DNA of 64,000 nt, taken from contig PLYP01000005.1 in NCBI GenBank assembly GCA_003153395.1, positions 21,701 through 85,700 on the forward strand, in the 5' to 3' direction. Shown here in pieces: positions 60,117 to 64,000 of this stretch (within the stretch, counting starts at the first letter, position 1; each line of letters begins with the position of its first letter). The DNA comes from Candidatus Saccharimonadota bacterium (GTDB lineage Bacteria > Patescibacteriota > Saccharimonadia > Saccharimonadales > UBA4665). A model generated the notes under the pieces. The model saw only the letters and a list, made by a program, of their open reading frames with translations, had not been told where the DNA came from and did not search any database. Made by a program: the position numbers and the translations under genes.

Positions 60117-60647
60117 CTATTTTTTAGATTCTTTGGTTTCTTCCGCCGGTTTGTCCTCGGCAGGTTCGGCTGTTTTTTCTGTGTCTTCAGCTACTTCCTC
60201 TTTAGGTGCGTCAGCTTGTTTAGGTGCTTCTACTGCTGTTTTTTCTTCTGCAACTTCTGCTGTATCGGTCGGCGCTACTTCTGCTACCTCAGGAGTTTCT
60301 TCTACTGCTTGGGGAGTCTCTTCTTTTGGCTGTTCAGGTCTGGTACTTCTTCGCTTATCGGCATTTCTTACAGATCTATTCTTTTCTGATGCAATAGCTA
60401 CCCAGTCTGGTAGTTTAACACCGTCAGATTTCAACAGCCTGGCGATTCTTTCCGAAGGTTGCGCACCATGATCTAAATAAAAAATAGCTTTTTCTTTATC
60501 TACAGCAAGTGTTTTACTGTGTGGATCATAGCTTCCTAGACGGGCGACTACTTTGCCGCTGGTTGGTGTGCGCCTAGAGTCTTGAACTACGACGCGAAAC
60601 ATTACATGTCCTTTGCGTCCTGCTCTTTGCAATCTAATAACTAGCAT
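60117..60647 (-). CDS. rpsP: 30S ribosomal protein S16 with long acidic C-terminal extension
   Basis: MLVIRLQR.GRK, FRVVVQDSR, LGSYDP, GAQPS. Confidence 0.96.
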   Translation of the reverse strand: MLVIRLQRAGRKGHVMFRVVVQDSRRTPTSGKVVARLGSYDPHSKTLAVDKEKAIFYLDHGAQPSERIARLLKSDGVKLPDWVAIASEKNRSVRNADKRRSTRPEQPKEETPQAVEETPEVAEVAPTDTAEVAEEKTAVEAPKQADAPKEEVAEDTEKTAEPAEDKPAEETKESKK

Positions 60648-60764
60648 TATTTAATATGTCTCTTCTTTCTTCGTCTTAAACAGTTGAATGATTAAATGCG
60701 ATTCTTGACATTTTACAGATAAGCTTCTCTGTTGTCAACGAAGTATTATGAATTCTAGAGACAG

Positions 60765-61463
60765 TCAACGGTTTTGATAATAAACTAGAGCCGCTTTAGC
60801 AGCTTTCTGCTGGGCACTCTGCTTATTTGGGCCATCGCCCTGCCCCCTTAGTACTCCGGCTACATAAACACCTACAATAAAGGTTTTATCGTGATCTGGC
60901 CCATCTTCGTTCATGACCTTATAAATTGGAGTAGCGGCCTCCTGACTTTGAGCCAGTTCCTGCAAATATGATTTAGGATCCATCCAAGAGCCACTCTCTA
61001 GAATCTGGGCAAATGTGCTCAGGATGCTTTCAGTAATGAATACTGCTGCTGCCTCGTAACCCTGATCTAAATATAGGGCTCCAATGACAGCTTCAAAGCT
61101 ATTGGCCAGTATCTGGGCTCTGGCTCGGTCTGTTCCCCGTTTTTCACCCCTACTTAGCCGCAGGTATTCCTCAAAACCATATTTTGCGGCGGCAGCGCTT
61201 ATACTTTCAGTTCTAACTAGACTGCTTCTCCAGTTAGTTAGTATGCCTTCAGGGTCGGGATAGTTCTTATATAAATATTCAGTTACTACAAGCTCTAAAA
61301 CGGCATCACCTAGGAACTCAAGCCGTTCATTATGTTCTTTGACGTTTCGCTTGTGTTCATTTAAGTAAGATCTGTGAGTAAAAGCAGTTATTAGTAGATC
61401 CAAATTCTTAAATGTAACGTGCAGTTTATCCTTGGCAAAGACTGCATAGGCTTCACTGTTCAT
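60765..61463 (-). CDS. rnc: Ribonuclease III
   Basis: AFTHRSY, NERLEFLGDAVL, EAVIGALYLD, dsRBD DPKSYLQE...GPDH. Confidence 0.97.
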   Translation of the reverse strand: MNSEAYAVFAKDKLHVTFKNLDLLITAFTHRSYLNEHKRNVKEHNERLEFLGDAVLELVVTEYLYKNYPDPEGILTNWRSSLVRTESISAAAAKYGFEEYLRLSRGEKRGTDRARAQILANSFEAVIGALYLDQGYEAAAVFITESILSTFAQILESGSWMDPKSYLQELAQSQEAATPIYKVMNEDGPDHDKTFIVGVYVAGVLRGQGDGPNKQSAQQKAAKAALVYYQNR

Positions 61464-61467
61464 TAAA

Positions 61468-61971
61468 CTAGAGCTCCCCTTTTCTAATCTTCTTCATTCC
61501 AAGTAGAATTAGTTTGCCAATATCGTCATACGCAATCTTATCTACGGCTTCGGACGATGGCAACCATTTAATATCATTGAGCCAGTCTTCTGGCTGCAGT
61601 TTATCGGTGTCACCTTTACCTTCCACTAAGTAGGTATGCATCGTCATAAGTACAAGAGTATGACCGCGGCGATATCTAAAGTTTACCTTCCCAAGCCAGC
61701 TGTGCACTTTCATCTCTTCTAGACCAGTTTCTTCTCTTATTTCTCTGGCTGCCGTATCTCGAGGATCCTCTCCTGGCTCAACATGACCTTTGGGAATTGT
61801 CCATCGGTTCTTAGCATCCTGCATGAGTAGTATCTGAACACCCTTGGTCTTAGCGTCTATTCGAAATACAACACCGCCTGATGTAGTCTCACGTACTACT
61901 TCATCTATAATAGGGCGGCGCTTAAAGGGTAGTTTACTCTTGATGCCTTCGATTGGTTTAGGTCTCTTCAT
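61468..61971 (-). CDS. NUDIX hydrolase
   Basis: PKGHVEPGE...AAREIREETG Nudix box. Confidence 0.92.
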   Translation of the reverse strand: MKRPKPIEGIKSKLPFKRRPIIDEVVRETTSGGVVFRIDAKTKGVQILLMQDAKNRWTIPKGHVEPGEDPRDTAAREIREETGLEEMKVHSWLGKVNFRYRRGHTLVLMTMHTYLVEGKGDTDKLQPEDWLNDIKWLPSSEAVDKIAYDDIGKLILLGMKKIRKGEL

Positions 61972-61982
61972 AATTTTAGGTG

Positions 61983-62513
61983 TTATTTATCTCCCGTTGG
62001 TTTTGCCTTACTTTTTTTAGTAATCGCCTTTTTAGCAGGTTTTTTCGAACTAGCTTTCGCTTTTACTTTAGCTGCGGCTTTTGGTTTAACTTCACTTTCA
62101 CGAAGCAGTGTACCAAGCACTCCATTAACGAATTTAGATGAATTATCTCCACCGAATGCTTTCGCAAGCTCAACTGCTTCATTAATGACTACTTTAGGTG
62201 GTACATCAGCTTCATTCTCCAATTCATATAGCCCTATTCTTAGTACCAGACGATCCATTCTGGCTATTTGATTAATAGGCCATTCCGGAGCTACTGGCTG
62301 GAGCTTGGCGTCAAGGCTTTCGGCCTGTTTAGACACACCCTTAACAAGTTGAGCAACGAAGTCCTTATCTTCTAGCATCTGCTGATAACGTGCTATATTC
62401 CGCTTGAGGACTTCATTTAAATCAAAACTATCATCGGATGCCTCTTGACGAAGCTCTTGCTCATAAAGCGTTTGTAGAGCGATTATTCGGCCTAGGTGAC
62501 GATTGGATGCCAT
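61983..62513 (-). CDS. nusB: Transcription antitermination factor NusB
   Basis: [34 protein letters not shown]. Confidence 0.96.
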   Translation of the reverse strand: MASNRHLGRIIALQTLYEQELRQEASDDSFDLNEVLKRNIARYQQMLEDKDFVAQLVKGVSKQAESLDAKLQPVAPEWPINQIARMDRLVLRIGLYELENEADVPPKVVINEAVELAKAFGGDNSSKFVNGVLGTLLRESEVKPKAAAKVKAKASSKKPAKKAITKKSKAKPTGDK

Positions 62514-62561
62514 ATTGTTAAATCTACTTTTGTTAACCTTACTTACAAGGAACCTATGAAG

Positions 62562-62705
62562 TTAAGCGACTTTACTAGACTCTCGTTTAGTAGTTCGTAC
62601 TTTTACTGGTGATTTTCCATTGACTTTACGAGCCAATTTTAGAACCAAATGACTGCGCCGTGTACCAGTCTTACGCGGACTGGTTCGCTTTTTTGGTTTA
62701 CCCAT
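62562..62705 (-). CDS. rpmF: 50S ribosomal protein L32 (Cys-free; missed by the ORF track)
   Basis: MGKPKKRTSPRKTGTRRSHLVLKLARKVNGKSPVKVRTTKRESSKVA*; PKKRTS...RRSH signature, upstream of nusB-rnc. Confidence 0.85.
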   Translation of the reverse strand: MGKPKKRTSPRKTGTRRSHLVLKLARKVNGKSPVKVRTTKRESSKVA

Positions 62706-62786
62706 TTGGTATTTCCTTTTCCTTACATAACAAAGCTTAGCTTCTATTTTATCTTAAAAAAACCACTTTCTCAAGGTTCTATTAAT

Positions 62787-64000
62787 TTAGCTAACCACGA
62801 AATTTATTATTTTACCCGGCACATAAACAGTTCTCTTAATATCTTGACCACCTAAATACGGCTGCAGGCGAGGGTTTTGTTTGGCGAGCTTCACCGCAGC
62901 TTCCTCTTTAATATCGGGTTCTACTTCGATTTCTGCTCTAAGCTTCCCATTTACCTGGACAATAAGCTTCACTTTGTCTTCAATTAAATACTGTTCATCA
63001 TACGTCGGCCAGCTTGACAGGTGAATAGTGTCTTTATTACCCAGCTGATGCCAAAGCTCTTCGCTTATATGTGGTGCGAATGGAGATAGTATCTTTAAGA
63101 CTGATTCAAATGCCCATTGCCAATCCTTTGAGACAAAACCTTCTTTAGCTTTAATCTTATACAGTTCGTTTGTAAACTCCATCAGTCCGGCAATAGCTGT
63201 ATTAAACAGCATTGCATCCAGATCATTGCTTACTTTTTTAATAACTTTATTGACTGCTCTTTTTAATTCGCTAGATTCTTCGTTGCCTTTTGGGCCTTCA
63301 CTATATTCCTGAACCAGTGTCCATAATCTGGATAAGAACCTATGAGTTCCAGCAACACCCTCCGGACTCCATGGCGTAGTCTGATCATAGGGCGCTAGAA
63401 AAGAGATACTAAGTCTCAACGCATCGGCACCATAACCACTGTCAATAATCTCACTGGGATTAACTATATTACCTTTACTCTTACTCATCTTGGTGTCATC
63501 AGCGGCCAGAATTATGCCCTGTCCTCTCCGAGCCTGATAAGGCTCAGGGGTTGGAACAAGTTTTTGATCATACAAAAATTGGTGCCAAAACCTGGAATAC
63601 AGCAAATGTAGGGTTGTATGTTCCATGCCACCGAGGTACATGTCTACTGCGCCCCAATAGTCTAGCTTATCTTTAGCAGCGAATTCACTGTTATTCTTAG
63701 CATCATAGTACCGCAGATAGTACCAACTACTACCTGCCCAGTTAGGCATGGTGTCGGTTTCTCTTTTTGCGGGTTCTCCGCATACAGGACACTTAACATT
63801 TACCCAGTCGCTAATCTGCGCTAGAGGACTTTCACCAGTATCCGTCGGCTCGTAGTTCTTAACATCAGGCAGCAAGACCGGTAGTTGATCATCAGGTACA
63901 GGTACAGCGCCATGTTCTGGGCAGTGAATAATTGGTATAGGCTCGCCCCAGTAATGTTGACGACTAAATATCCAATCTCTGAGTCGATAACTAACTTTTC
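62787..64000 (-). CDS. leuS: Leucyl-tRNA synthetase, C-terminal part (5' end outside the window)
   Basis: YRLRDWIFSRQHYWGEPIP is in frame up to the window edge; RETDTM, GGMEH, HLLYSRF, KMSKS, VQVNGK. Confidence 0.97.
   Translation of the reverse strand, partial: KVSYRLRDWIFSRQHYWGEPIPIIHCPEHGAVPVPDDQLPVLLPDVKNYEPTDTGESPLAQISDWVNVKCPVCGEPAKRETDTMPNWAGSSWYYLRYYDAKNNSEFAAKDKLDYWGAVDMYLGGMEHTTLHLLYSRFWHQFLYDQKLVPTPEPYQARRGQGIILAADDTKMSKSKGNIVNPSEIIDSGYGADALRLSISFLAPYDQTTPWSPEGVAGTHRFLSRLWTLVQEYSEGPKGNEESSELKRAVNKVIKKVSNDLDAMLFNTAIAGLMEFTNELYKIKAKEGFVSKDWQWAFESVLKILSPFAPHISEELWHQLGNKDTIHLSSWPTYDEQYLIEDKVKLIVQVNGKLRAEIEVEPDIKEEAAVKLAKQNPRLQPYLGGQDIKRTVYVPGKIINFVVS

Noticed and set aside
1..64000. 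Alternative genetic code (UGA=Gly, as in Gracilibacteria/Absconditabacteria)
   Set aside because: Conserved genes are full length under code 11, and TGA ends rnc, glmM and the P-type ATPase at their expected termini.

Overview
A compact, AT-rich, gene-dense bacterial segment, most likely from a Patescibacteria (CPR) Saccharimonadia genome. This taxonomy is inferred from the style of the KhpA, NusB and Cys-free L32 proteins, the rpsP-khpA-trmD cluster lacking rimM, and the fragmentary biosynthetic pathways. Core genes include rarA, metK (preceded by a SAM-I riboswitch), typA, a DEAD-box helicase, prs, zur-znuACB, adenosine kinase-ahcY, riboflavin kinase-ribE-ribH, glmM, sod, trmD, khpA, rpsP, rnc, nusB, rpmF and a partial leuS. 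A tRNA-Gln(CUG) at 9754-9827 is followed by a roughly 12.5 kb, visibly more GC-rich accessory tract. The tract encodes a VanY-like peptidase, a P2-type ATPase, an SDR, a 44-aa His/Cys peptide, a rhodanese, an orphan cytochrome b, Hsp20, a phosphoribosyltransferase and a Zn-peptidase. The most striking signal is that gene boundaries in this tract carry repeated, gap-free, same-strand degenerate copies of a tRNA 3' end (T-loop to NCCA). This suggests a tRNA-anchored gene-cassette array, although no integrase is present in the window. Other notable items are a candidate 52-nt sRNA with its own promoter, CRP-like box and terminator, CRP/FNR-like boxes before island stress genes, a sortase with an LPETG substrate and a degenerate glycosyltransferase, a sigma factor paired with a permuted sigma-like protein, and two gene remnants. 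All calls come from motif reading by eye; no database searches were run.
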